A stretch of 64,000 nt of DNA from Sedimentisphaerales bacterium (GCA_963708075.1 OY970194.1:4416001-4480000), one strand, 5' to 3'. Shown: positions 18,904 through 28,930, counted from the first letter of the stretch. A program made the numbers and translations. The notes: a model not told the origin generated them from the letters alone.

Positions 18904-21900
18904 TTACGGCTGCGAAGCCGCCGGGGCGGGTCGGCCGTAGGCGATGTCATCGATGTAGATCAGCCCCGTGGCCTTGGAGGCGGGCTTCGCACTGTCGCCC
19001 ACGCCGATGGTCATCTTCTTGATGCTGTTGGTCTTGACGCCGCCCGAGGCAAAGGTGCTCAACGGAATACTCCACGGCGTCCAGACGCCTGCCGCGACCG
19101 CATACGGATCGGTATTGACCACCGTTGCCTTGCGGCCGCCGCTGTCTTCGAGCGTCACGTAGAGCGTATCCGGCGCGTTTCCGGCCGGCTGCTCAATGCC
19201 GAGGGATGCCGACTGCCACTGCCCGGTCACATTCCCCGTGGTCGCCACATTCGAGAACTCCGCCTGGGTAACCACCCCGGTCGCATGGCTCGTGACCGCC
19301 AGGCCGATATAGACGGTGGCGCCCATGATGATCGTCTGGGGGTTCCAGACCATCGGCGTCCACGTGGTGACCGTCTCGCCCGCCGCATAGTAGCCGGTGA
19401 ACTGATCGCCTTTACGCTCGACCTTGACCCAGGCAGGCGTACGTACGGCCTTTTGGTCATCGGTCGCTACAGGCGTGTCGCTGGTGGCGCCGCCGCCCAG
19501 AGTCAGCCGGGCCCGGAAGCGGGCGCCGTTCTGACCGGCCCAGACCACGTAGGCCCAGGTGGCGGATGCGTCCAGGGTCCCCCGGATCATTACACCCGCG
19601 TTGGCCCAGACATTCGTATTATCGAGACGATCGACTCTGGCGATGATGGTGCCGTCGCCGGTCAGTTGTTTGTAGACGAACCGGCCCTCGTCGGCGGTGT
19701 TGTAGATGTCCGTGCCCATGCCGTTCATCAGAAAATGGTCAGAGGACAGCTCCAGATAACCAATCGGCTCGCCGCGCAGGTACAGGACCAGCGTATCGGC
19801 GGCATTGGTGGCCCAGTTCTGAGCCGTCGGCCACGTCCGCTGCGCCTCCGAGGAGGCGATGCTGCTGTTGTCGTAGTACACGGGCATGGATTGCTTGCCG
19901 CCGTGCATGATGGCGGTCTCCGCGATCGTTTTACCGTAGTGCGGTCCGCCCGTGGTCCAGATATCGTGTCCTACGGCTGAGCCCGTGCCATTGCCCGGGT
20001 TGCCCGTCGGGAAGAACTCGTCCTCCGAGAAGCCGTACCCATCGATCCACGTCTGGAAGAGCCGCGTAGGAGACTCGTTGGTGTAGCTCTCAAAGTCTTC
20101 AATGGCCAGATACTCGGCCGTGGAGAAGCTCCAGATGTCGCTTTCCCAGGCGGCGGGGCTGGCGGCGTCGTTGACCTCGACCACCTTCCAGTAGTAGGTC
20201 ACCCCAAATTCCAGCGAGGAAGGAGCATAGCTTGCCTGGCCCGGGGTAGCGGCGGGAACCGTGCCATCTGCGACCGCCTGCCGATCCGTGCCCAGGTAGA
20301 GCTTATGCGAGACGGCCTCCCGCCCTGCTCGCCAGCTCAGCGTGACATCCGGATTCACGCTCGTGGCTCCGGAGGCCGGGATGGGCTCCCGCGCATGCGA
20401 GGGAATGTAGAGGAATCGCACCTCGCTCAAGCCGAATTGCTGCGAGGACCCCCAATTGCTCTTGACGGTGAGCCGGACGTACCTGGCCGCCACACCGGCG
20501 AAATCGACGGTCGTGTTGTGGTCGTAGCCATTCGCGGCCGGCGCCTGGGCAAATTGGAGATCACCGAGGCTCGCCCAATCCGTGCCGTTCACCGAGTACT
20601 CCACGCTGACGTCCTTGAACCCGAGGCCGAGGATCGGCTCGAAAAATGTATTGTAGTTCCAGACCCACATCTCATCGAGTTTGTAGACTCTGTCGAACTC
20701 GTACTGTATCCACGCGGGCAAGGCCGCGCCCGTGGCAGTGAGCCACGCGGCTGTGTCGGCCATCGAATGACGGTCATTCTCATCCAATCCGGAGCCATTG
20801 ATCGTGTTCTCAGGGCCAAACGACGCGTGGACACTGGACGCCGAGGCGGTAATCTTCGTCACAGGATACGTGACTGGCTCGGCGGTGAAACTCCAGACGG
20901 GACCTTTGACGATTGTCGTATCCGGCGGTGCATTGACCTCATCGATGCGCCAGTAGTAAGTCTGACCGAACTCGAACAAGCCTGCGGGGTCGTACGTGTT
21001 CGCATCCTGGCCCTGGCTCACAAGCACGCCCAGCGGAAGAGCCCTGCCGGCGCCGGCAACGTCATCGGGATTTGTGCCGAAGTAGACATCCTCGGTGGCG
21101 GCAAACTTGCCGGAGGTCCAGGTCAGCACGGCATCGCGGCGGACATCGACCGCACCGTCTCCCGGGATGGGCCCCGAGGCGGCTCGCTCCTCCATGATCC
21201 CGAGCAGATACTTGATCGCGTTGGCCATGATCTTCTTGCCATTCTCGGTGAGGTTGAAGCCGCCCTGAACCGTGGCCCCGGACTCCTGCGTGCAGCAGGC
21301 GAACAATAATCGCTTACCTCCAGGTGTCCCGGGCGAACCCGCGTAGTAGGGCGTTCCGGGCTCCCACTCCACGATCCAGGCATTGGTCCCTGTGGCCGTC
21401 TTGGCGAGCAGCTTGCCGCTGCCAACGTCAACTGTGCCGTTAAACGATGTCTGGCCCGTGCCGGTGGTCCCATCGACCGCATCGACCTGGTTGCTCGCAT
21501 TCAGCGAAACCCCCTTGAAGATGCGGTGCGTGGGTTCCACAACCTGCATCATGGGAGCGGTGAGGTTGTTGATGGCGGCGGAATTGAGCCAGTACCATCG
21601 ATAGTTGCTGGTGGTCCCGCGAGCCATGTACGAATGCACCAGAATCATAGGCGGTTTCAGGCCGTTCCAATCGGCGATCTCCGCGGTGCTGTCATCATAG
21701 TTGCCGCTGCTGACGGAACGACTGAAGACGATCAGATCCGCCGCATTGAGTTCCGCGATCTTGGCGGCGTCGAGGGCGGTCCAATTGCCTCGCCGGACGT
21801 CCACCTGGTGCCCCTGAGCCTGGAGAAACTCCTCGAGGCCAAGGTCGTCCTGGATACCGTCTGCATTCGTATCGCGCGTCTCAGTCACCAGGATCACGTT

Positions 21901-21969
21901 GGCGGCCGGAGCCGTCAAGCCCATACATAGACCCAGAACAGCAAAAAGAACGATGGCTCTTTTACACAT
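18904..21969 (-). CDS. Secreted modular protein with discoidin/F5-8-like, FN3-like and beta-sandwich modules; paralogue of the first ORF
   Basis: Signal peptide; YYWRIDEVN, YVRLTVKSNWG..FGLSEVRF, DFESYTNESP.RLFQTWIDG. Confidence 0.82.
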   Translation of the reverse strand: MCKRAIVLFAVLGLCMGLTAPAANVILVTETRDTNADGIQDDLGLEEFLQAQGHQVDVRRGNWTALDAAKIAELNAADLIVFSRSVSSGNYDDSTAEIADWNGLKPPMILVHSYMARGTTSNYRWYWLNSAAINNLTAPMMQVVEPTHRIFKGVSLNASNQVDAVDGTTGTGQTSFNGTVDVGSGKLLAKTATGTNAWIVEWEPGTPYYAGSPGTPGGKRLLFACCTQESGATVQGGFNLTENGKKIMANAIKYLLGIMEERAASGPIPGDGAVDVRRDAVLTWTSGKFAATEDVYFGTNPDDVAGAGRALPLGVLVSQGQDANTYDPAGLFEFGQTYYWRIDEVNAPPDTTIVKGPVWSFTAEPVTYPVTKITASASSVHASFGPENTINGSGLDENDRHSMADTAAWLTATGAALPAWIQYEFDRVYKLDEMWVWNYNTFFEPILGLGFKDVSVEYSVNGTDWASLGDLQFAQAPAANGYDHNTTVDFAGVAARYVRLTVKSNWGSSQQFGLSEVRFLYIPSHAREPIPASGATSVNPDVTLSWRAGREAVSHKLYLGTDRQAVADGTVPAATPGQASYAPSSLEFGVTYYWKVVEVNDAASPAAWESDIWSFSTAEYLAIEDFESYTNESPTRLFQTWIDGYGFSEDEFFPTGNPGNGTGSAVGHDIWTTGGPHYGKTIAETAIMHGGKQSMPVYYDNSSIASSEAQRTWPTAQNWATNAADTLVLYLRGEPIGYLELSSDHFLMNGMGTDIYNTADEGRFVYKQLTGDGTIIARVDRLDNTNVWANAGVMIRGTLDASATWAYVVWAGQNGARFRARLTLGGGATSDTPVATDDQKAVRTPAWVKVERKGDQFTGYYAAGETVTTWTPMVWNPQTIIMGATVYIGLAVTSHATGVVTQAEFSNVATTGNVTGQWQSASLGIEQPAGNAPDTLYVTLEDSGGRKATVVNTDPYAVAAGVWTPWSIPLSTFASGGVKTNSIKKMTIGVGDSAKPASKATGLIYIDDIAYGRPAPAASQP

Positions 21970-22306
21970 GGCAGTCCTCCTGCGGGAACGTCAAGACAGG
22001 TCTTCTTCCAGACGAAGTATCATTGGAAATGAAGTCAAAGACCACACCTCACCTCACAACCCTCTCTTCCAACCTCAACTCAGCGTATCAGGGGCAGCGA
22101 TGCTCAACCCTGGTATCGATATTATGACCGCACCCGCTCGAAAAAGCAAGCCCAAAGAGGGCAACCCTGTGAGTTGAAGGGCCCTGGGAATTCGTGATTT
22201 CCCTACTGGGAATCAGACATTTTCCTGTGTGCCGGTGGCAGAACTCCGCGCCATCATCCAGGGTAGTGCTTAATGGACAGAGTGTCTAGACAAAAGGAGA
22301 AGAACG

Positions 22307-22789
22307 ATGAAACGACTTGGTGCATTGATATTGCCGGTGGCGATGATTGGGCTGTTTGCGACGACTGCGAAATCAGCAGATGACTATCCCTATACCTATC
22401 CGCAGCCCGGCTACTACTACTATTCGGACATCGATCTGATCAGCAGGGAGGCCGATGCGATCAGCGAGGTCCTGAGCAAGATCAGCAGCCCCGAGCGGAG
22501 GAGCCTGCTGGCCGAGCAATGGATCCAGTTCTCCAGGCAGAGAATCGCCAAGACCGACGACTTCCGCGAGGAGTGGCTGAATCTCCAGAAGCAGCAGACG
22601 GCGAATCAGCAGGATGCGCAGCAGGCTCGCGTCGAGATGCTGAAGATGGAGGGGGAGATCGAGAAACTGCGAGCGCAGAACCTGAAGCTGCAGAACGAGA
22701 ATCTCCAATTGCAATTGCAGTTGAAGCAGCAGACGGGCGGACAACCCCCAACCCAGACCACGCGGGTACAGACTCCGCCGGCAAAGTAG
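22307..22789 (+). CDS. Hypothetical secreted Gln-rich coiled-coil protein
   Basis: RBS AAGGAG, signal peptide, heptad-rich C-terminus, host-like codon usage. Confidence 0.7.
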   Translation: MKRLGALILPVAMIGLFATTAKSADDYPYTYPQPGYYYYSDIDLISREADAISEVLSKISSPERRSLLAEQWIQFSRQRIAKTDDFREEWLNLQKQQTANQQDAQQARVEMLKMEGEIEKLRAQNLKLQNENLQLQLQLKQQTGGQPPTQTTRVQTPPAK

Positions 22790-22825
22790 TATCCAGGCCT
22801 GAGGATATTGCCGGCTGGGAGCCGC

Positions 22826-24430
22826 TTACTCCTGCACGAGGACGGAAGCAGGGAGCGCGTCTTCCATTTTGAAGGCCGATGATGCCTTGCGCAAATCATT
22901 CCCCTGCAACAGAACGTCCCGGCTCTTCTCGCCGCGCACTTGAAGGAATGTCTGCGTTCCGGGCACCGCCCGGCAGCCGTGGATAAAGGCATCTGAGACA
23001 TTCTTAAGATCGACCACGGCGCCGTCGTCGTGCGGTGCGAGCGTCTGGAAGCCCTCGATCTCCAGGCCCACAATATTCTCGCAAATCAGGGCCGGGCCCT
23101 TCTTCGTGTTGATTCGCATGTCGTGGAAAGTAATGTTCTTGCCGTCCGTGCACGAGAAGCCCTTCTCCGCGTCGATGTTGATGTTCGTGAACGTGACGTT
23201 CTCGATGGGCATTTCCTCCAGGCCGAGCATGTAACCGGCGGCGGGCGCGCCTCGGACGATGACGTCGCTGAAGTGCATGTTCCGCAAGGCCGGCGTTCGC
23301 TCCGAGACCGGTTCCGGGGGCACTCTCTCGTAGAACATGTTTAGATCGAACGGGCTCCTCCGGATATTGCTCATCACGATGTTGCTGACGCGGATGTCCT
23401 CGACCGCCCCGCCGCGGCCGCGCGTAGTCTTGATGCGAATGCCGCGCTCCGTCCCGTCGAAGATGCAATTACTGATGGTAACCTTCCGCACGCCACCGGA
23501 CATTTCGCTGCCGATGACCACCCCGCCGTGCCCGTCGAGCATGGTGCAGTTGGTGACGGTGATATTCTCGCAGGGCCGCCCGACGCGCCGGCCGTCCGCG
23601 TCCCGGCCGGACTTGATCGTAATGCAGTCGTCGCCCACGCTGATGTGGCAATCGGAGATATGCACGTTCCGGCAGGAGTCGGGATTGATCCCGTCGGTGT
23701 TCGGCGAATCGTCCGGGTTCTTGATCGAAATGCCCGTGACGGTCACGTTGTCGCAGTACACCGGGTTGATCGTCCAGAACGGCGGGTTCTGCAGCGAGAC
23801 GCCCTCGATCCGCACGTTGCGGCACTCGAACGGCTGAATCATCGGCGGACGCAGAAAATTGCCCATCTGCTCCCACCGGGCTTTGGTGGGCGAATCAGGA
23901 TTCTTCTCCGCAAACATCTTCGCCCACTTGGAAGGCTCACCCTTCTTGTCCGCCGCCTCGGCCCTGGCCTTGCGCATGTAGTCCCACCAGGCCTTCCCCT
24001 GCCCGTCAATCCGCCCCCGCCCGACGATAGCAATATTCTCGGCCCGATACGCATAAATGCACGGCGAGAAATTGACGCACTCGGTCCCCTCCCATCGCGA
24101 CTTGACCATAGGCAGATAGTCATCGAAATCCTCGCTGAACTTGATCACCGCCCCGGCGTCCAGGTACAGCGTGATATTGCTCTTAAGCTGAATCGCCCCG
24201 GTCAAATACTGCCCCGCCGGAAAGTAGACGGTCCCGCCCCCCGCCTGCACCGCCGCATCGATAGCCTTGCGAATCGCCTCCGTATCCTTCGCCTGCCCGC
24301 TCCCCCCCGCCCCATACTCCCTGACATCATAAAACCCCCCCTTCCGTTCCGCCCCCACGCACCCAGCGCTGCCCGCCAGCACAACAACCGCCACCAACAG
24401 CCCCAACACGCACGAATGTCCAGCCTTCAT
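22826..24430 (-). CDS. GH28 polygalacturonase-family glycoside hydrolase
   Basis: PNTDG, GDD, GHGG and RIKT catalytic motifs; signal/lipoprotein-like N-terminus. Confidence 0.92.
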   Translation of the reverse strand: MKAGHSCVLGLLVAVVVLAGSAGCVGAERKGGFYDVREYGAGGSGQAKDTEAIRKAIDAAVQAGGGTVYFPAGQYLTGAIQLKSNITLYLDAGAVIKFSEDFDDYLPMVKSRWEGTECVNFSPCIYAYRAENIAIVGRGRIDGQGKAWWDYMRKARAEAADKKGEPSKWAKMFAEKNPDSPTKARWEQMGNFLRPPMIQPFECRNVRIEGVSLQNPPFWTINPVYCDNVTVTGISIKNPDDSPNTDGINPDSCRNVHISDCHISVGDDCITIKSGRDADGRRVGRPCENITVTNCTMLDGHGGVVIGSEMSGGVRKVTISNCIFDGTERGIRIKTTRGRGGAVEDIRVSNIVMSNIRRSPFDLNMFYERVPPEPVSERTPALRNMHFSDVIVRGAPAAGYMLGLEEMPIENVTFTNINIDAEKGFSCTDGKNITFHDMRINTKKGPALICENIVGLEIEGFQTLAPHDDGAVVDLKNVSDAFIHGCRAVPGTQTFLQVRGEKSRDVLLQGNDLRKASSAFKMEDALPASVLVQE

Positions 24431-24482
24431 ATCTCTGCTCCCCTTAATAGGTCCCACCATCTCCATCACACCGGCACTTCAA

Positions 24483-24873
24483 GGGTGGCAGCGGCAAGCA
24501 GAGCCTGCGCAGCTTGCCGATGGCTTCTCGGCGCCACCCAGCATCACTGGAGAATAGAGTATAGCCGCAGATCATGTCCCCCGCCAGTGTCCGGCCCGCC
24601 CGTTCGTAGTGTGCCCGTGAGGGCGGAAGAGAGTTCACAGTTGCCAGTTGTCGGTTGTCGGCAAGGTCCAGATGGCCATTCTGAGAACTGGGAACTGAGA
24701 ACTGCCAACTACAACCAACCGCCTCCCGGCGTCACCACGAACGACGCCGCCCCATTCCGCACTCCGAACTCCACATTCCGCATTCGAGCCGCCCCTCCCG
24801 CCCGCGCACCCCTCGTTCCCTCTACGCCATCCTCACTTCACAACCGAAATAAGTAAACTGTACCCGGAATTCC
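24483..24873. repeat. Cluster of repeat fragments (GGGTGGCAGCGGCAAGC arm, GTTCGTAGT..GGCGTCACCACGAAC element with nested heptamers, ATTCCGC heptamers, GGGGAC-family half site)
   Basis: Each unit recurs elsewhere in the window (37380, 5278, 30727, 29361). Confidence 0.75.
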
Positions 24874-24912
24874 AGAGGTCTTCTCTGGCTCCGACATCCG
24901 CGTTCTGAGCCA

Positions 24913-26088
24913 TTACACCTGGCGCAAGTGAATCTTCTTTTCTGCCATGTCAATTGTACCTGCTGGGACACCAAGCTTGATCAGGTATGGCTTGGCCTCA
25001 AGCAATATCTTTAGGTCATGTGCGGTTCTCGCAAACTCGCCAAGGGTGAACGTGTTGAGACGCAGAAGGTTGTGCGGGCGAGTCAGAAGTAACGATGCGC
25101 GGAGTTCATTCAGCGCCCCGGCTTCGCCGCCATAGTATAGACAGTGAAATTCACGGTTTATCTTTCGTTGAACGCGCCATTCAGGTGTTTTCTCAGTCTC
25201 CAGCGCATCCATGTACGGCTCCATCAGAGCATCGTCAGAAGAGTAAGAGAGCGCGATGTGGAATCCGCGATACAGAAATGGTTCATCGTACTCGGGAAAA
25301 CGCTTGGTTAACGACTTTATCAGACTCGTATCTCGCTTTGCCATTTTGCCGAGAACGAACACGGCATTTTGCCGAGCGACGACACAGTCAGAATCCCCAG
25401 CCAAGAAGATATCCTGCAACTTCTCAATAACAAGATCGCGAGCATTTTTCTTCTGTGCCTTCAGTATCTCTACTATCCGGCTCATCTCGTAGTATCGAAA
25501 GGGGGAATTGAGTAGGAGTTGGGCACGATTTCGTGAACCATGCAACAGTTCGTATATGATAGCATCCACATCGCGCACAACATATACTGTGTGATCACCG
25601 CTGCGAACCGGTTTCATTCTCGCATCACGAATTAACCGTGCCTCGACCCTCTGTGCTATACGTTCCGCATCGGCCGAGCGCGATCGCCAATGGAATACGT
25701 CAAAGAGGAATTCTGAGTATTCACGTGGCAGCCTGAAGTCGCCAAGAACAACGATGCCAAGTGGGATAGCTTCGCGAATGTTAAGAATATCAGCGAGAGC
25801 CAGTTCGCTCTTGGCCACCGATGTGGGCGAGAGTGACAGTTCAGAAGCCAGGAAGAGGATGAAATTCGAGTCCACTAGCTGCCGACGTGGGAGTATGGGG
25901 TCGCCGATCTTCAGAGCACCGCCACATGAGTACCAAACACGGAAACGAGTCTGGAGTTTCCTAAATAAGTATTCTGATGCTGCATGGTCTGCGCAGCGAT
26001 GAGAGAGGAACACTGTCGCAGCCTTGAAGGGCGAGTCGAACATGTGAAGCATATTTGCACCTCGCAGAACTATTGGTCCGAGGGACAA
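24913..26088 (-). CDS. TIR-domain protein with helical (HEAT-like) C-terminus
   Basis: VFLSH...D, ILFLAS..SL and KSELALA (position of the catalytic Glu). Visibly lower GC. Start uncertain. Confidence 0.7.
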   Translation of the reverse strand: MSLGPIVLRGANMLHMFDSPFKAATVFLSHRCADHAASEYLFRKLQTRFRVWYSCGGALKIGDPILPRRQLVDSNFILFLASELSLSPTSVAKSELALADILNIREAIPLGIVVLGDFRLPREYSEFLFDVFHWRSRSADAERIAQRVEARLIRDARMKPVRSGDHTVYVVRDVDAIIYELLHGSRNRAQLLLNSPFRYYEMSRIVEILKAQKKNARDLVIEKLQDIFLAGDSDCVVARQNAVFVLGKMAKRDTSLIKSLTKRFPEYDEPFLYRGFHIALSYSSDDALMEPYMDALETEKTPEWRVQRKINREFHCLYYGGEAGALNELRASLLLTRPHNLLRLNTFTLGEFARTAHDLKILLEAKPYLIKLGVPAGTIDMAEKKIHLRQV

Positions 26089-26117
26089 GACCTATTCTCC
26101 AATCATGCATAGGACCG

Positions 26118-27125
26118 TCATGCGCGCAACGCTGATATCAGGTTGAATAGAAACATGTAGAGGCACACTAAACCTTGTTTGGCCTCCAATGCAGTCACAT
26201 CTGTATGAACGCCCTTAGATGCAGCAGAATTCAGTTTCCTTGCGACCGCCATTAGATGTTCACATTCAGCGAGTAGCAAGCCACTGGACGATGACTTCGC
26301 GAAGGTACTTGAAAGGAACTCCTGCAGGCGGTTCAGGTACTGCTCATCTCCCATACAACGCCCTTTGCCATCTGAGCACACAACGGTGTTAGATGACGGG
26401 GGATAAAAGTAGTCAGCGGCTGACTTTATGGCTTTGCGCACGAGCGTCAGGAGTAAGGCCATATCCTCGGGATCATGCGAATCAACCAGTTGGGTTGCTT
26501 TCTCAAGCTTTGTATAGACGTCCTCAGAGTGCGCCTTAAAATAATTGTTGACATCGTTTTGAAGCGATTGCAGAAAGGCCTCAGATTTGCTTTGAGTTTC
26601 CATCTGCCTTTCCAACTGAATCAAGTAGTTCAAGCACCTTGTCTTGATGCGGTCTTTGATGGCTTGAACTGCCGCTATTTGAAGCCTGAGAGAAGCCTTC
26701 CGTGCGTTATAACGGTCGGCAAAAGCAGCCGTGTCAAACGCCCCCATGCCGCCTGGGACGACCATATCCTGGATGGATTTCTCTATCTGATCGATTTCTG
26801 GATCTAATTCCCCCACTCCGAGCACAAAGACATTCTTCGACGGGTCATCGAGATTCACGTTCAAATCAAGCGTACGTTCTGCGATCCAAAGCTCTTGTGT
26901 CCTCTCCCACAAGGAAATCCGTTCTTTCTCTGTGAGTTTGTTAGTATCTTCACGGAAAGCTCGCTTCAACTGGGATACATCCGGGTAAAGCTCACGAAGG
27001 AATAGTGCGGCATTGAAGTAGTCTTTCAGATTTCTTGACACCCTAAGACAAACCATCACGCCTTTGGCTACATCGTCGCGGTCTATGTGGTCATAGGCAC
27101 TCTTTATTAATACAGGATAGTCCAT
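26118..27125 (-). CDS. AbiTii-like N-terminal domain protein with a C-terminal SKGVH (HEPN-like) region
   Basis: CLRVSRNLKD....FLREL resembles the AbiTii domain; YLNRL...LNSAASKGVH C-terminus. Low GC. Confidence 0.6.
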   Translation of the reverse strand: MDYPVLIKSAYDHIDRDDVAKGVMVCLRVSRNLKDYFNAALFLRELYPDVSQLKRAFREDTNKLTEKERISLWERTQELWIAERTLDLNVNLDDPSKNVFVLGVGELDPEIDQIEKSIQDMVVPGGMGAFDTAAFADRYNARKASLRLQIAAVQAIKDRIKTRCLNYLIQLERQMETQSKSEAFLQSLQNDVNNYFKAHSEDVYTKLEKATQLVDSHDPEDMALLLTLVRKAIKSAADYFYPPSSNTVVCSDGKGRCMGDEQYLNRLQEFLSSTFAKSSSSGLLLAECEHLMAVARKLNSAASKGVHTDVTALEAKQGLVCLYMFLFNLISALRA

Positions 27126-27287
27126 GCATATTCCCTAACCGGTGGTTCCGGGATAACGAAGTGGTGGCGCCACATACATTCGCACGCACCACACCTGCCG
27201 CAGAGCCAACCCACAGTCTGCACACCACAAGGCGTCAAGCATAGCTTTTCTCCCCGTGACAGCGCACATCGATCTGTGAATCCACAA

Positions 27288-28154
27288 TTACACAATAGAA
27301 CCAACTCGGCGCAAAGGCAAGGGACAAATGGGGAACGAAGCCGCATGGGTCAATTCCGGGGACAGGATAGAATGGCTCCGGGGAAGGTTCCGGGAGGGTC
27401 CCGGGGACACAATACCAATTTCCGGAGTGGATACCGGAGGGTTGGCCGGCAACTGGGGCTTTGCCCGGGTGATCTTGACGTTGTCAAATACGGTTCGGCC
27501 GCCCTTCCGGGGCCAGGCCGCCAGACAAATGTAGACCTTCGCATCCTCTTCCAGATCGGAAAAGAGCCAGGTCTGCGGTTCGCCGATGAGGACCATGTTG
27601 CTGTCGTATACACTGCAGACGCACCGGTACTCGGTGACACGCTGGATTTGCAGGGTCAGGGGTTGGCCCGGCAGAGGAGGCTGCGTCGAGCGCCCGAAGT
27701 TCTTTGCGATGCCGCTCTTGTTATTTCCGCTGCCGGCGCTGAATCCGTAATCCTTCCATACATAGTTGTAGTTGTACTCGAGGAACACGTAAGGGCTCTC
27801 GTAACCGACGATAAAAGGACTCTGCCTGGTCCTGGTCGTCAGATAAAGGCTGGACGTCGAATTACGCGTCGGGTGCTCCAGCAACTGGACGCTGACGGTG
27901 TCCCCCACGCCCACAGTGACATCGGCCGTCATGCATTGAGCCATGTCGTTGAAGATCAGGCAGTCCTGTTGACTGATGGGGGTGGGATTCGACGTATAGG
28001 AATGCAGCTCCCAGGTGGCCGTATCGACCTGATTTCCGTCGAAGGTCTCTATTTCCTGGATCACGAAGCCGGCCCGGACGTTGGAAGGCACCGCCGCCAC
28101 GGACAACAAGGTCAACGCCACGATTCCGGGCAGACTCCGACACGATCTCTTCAT
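27288..28154 (-). CDS. Hypothetical secreted protein; C-terminus runs into repeat sequence
   Basis: Signal peptide MKRSCRSLPGIVALTLLSVAA..AG; jellyroll-like end TVFDNVKIT. Confidence 0.6.
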   Translation of the reverse strand: MKRSCRSLPGIVALTLLSVAAVPSNVRAGFVIQEIETFDGNQVDTATWELHSYTSNPTPISQQDCLIFNDMAQCMTADVTVGVGDTVSVQLLEHPTRNSTSSLYLTTRTRQSPFIVGYESPYVFLEYNYNYVWKDYGFSAGSGNNKSGIAKNFGRSTQPPLPGQPLTLQIQRVTEYRCVCSVYDSNMVLIGEPQTWLFSDLEEDAKVYICLAAWPRKGGRTVFDNVKITRAKPQLPANPPVSTPEIGIVSPGPSRNLPRSHSILSPELTHAASFPICPLPLRRVGSIV

Positions 28155-28292
28155 GGCTCTTGATGCGCTCATTTCGCCACCTCCACAAGAACAGATGTCC
28201 ATTCCGCACTCCATTCGCAGCCACGCGCCAGCCGGGTCGTCCACTCAATTCCCGGCTTTGCTGATCTCCACGTACTATTGTACCGTTGGCCG

Positions 28293-28350
28293 GGAATCTG
28301 GGGACGCGATACTCAATTCAGAACCGAGATTAGTAAGCTGTCCTCGGAAT
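28293..28350. repeat. GGGGAC-family palindromic element
   Basis: ggggacgcgatactcaatt...agtaagctgtcctcggaat. Relatives at 24847-24873, 27352-27421, 29361-29418 and 61086-61131. Confidence 0.75.
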
Positions 28351-28423
28351 GATTCTCCACCAATCCCCCGGTGGTCTCATGCGAGTACGGCTTCCGGGGG
28401 CTGTAGAAATGATTCACCTATCG

Positions 28424-28930
28424 CTATCGGATGATGGGGGCCTTGTACCCCCGCGGAGCTGCGGCAGGGGTCGTCTGCGGGGCCTCTGTGGCCGGTGTCG
28501 GTTCTGTGTGCCCGGGATCAGGCAGCAGCGTCACGTTCACATCATGGATGTTCCACATGCCACCCGTGAGCGGGTCCACCACCAAGTATCCGATCAAGCC
28601 GCCAAAGATGAAATTGCCGACGAGATACCAGCCAGTTTCAAGGCCCTGCGGGACGGGTGCGACCTGCTCCTGGTATCCGTCCTTGCGGAATGTCACGGCA
28701 TAATCCCCGGCAGCAAAATAACCACCACCCCGCTTGAGGCTCACGTTCGTAGGTGTGACGCCATTCACAACCGGCTTTCCCCGCTTGTTGATCACCTCGA
28801 ACGATGCCCCCGGCGGCTCACTGGCGATATTCACCGTCTTGTGGCTGCCGCAGAAGATCGACGCGCAGCCAGATAGGAGTTGCACCGAAATAATCAACAC
28901 TAACACCCGCACGATACTCGCCTTTCCCAT
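28424..28930 (-). CDS. PEGA-domain lipoprotein
   Basis: Lipobox LSGC; VNIASEPPGA..GVTP..L.R..Y.VTF.KDGY; GNFIFGGLIGYLVVDPLTGGMW. Confidence 0.82.
   Translation of the reverse strand: MGKASIVRVLVLIISVQLLSGCASIFCGSHKTVNIASEPPGASFEVINKRGKPVVNGVTPTNVSLKRGGGYFAAGDYAVTFRKDGYQEQVAPVPQGLETGWYLVGNFIFGGLIGYLVVDPLTGGMWNIHDVNVTLLPDPGHTEPTPATEAPQTTPAAAPRGYKAPIIR

Noticed and set aside
27126..27160. Integron attC-like GTTAGGG before the AbiTii-like start (also GTTAGGC near 29426-29432 and GTTAGTC near 46918)
   Set aside because: No paired R''/R' boxes with an attC hairpin could be built, and there is no integrase.
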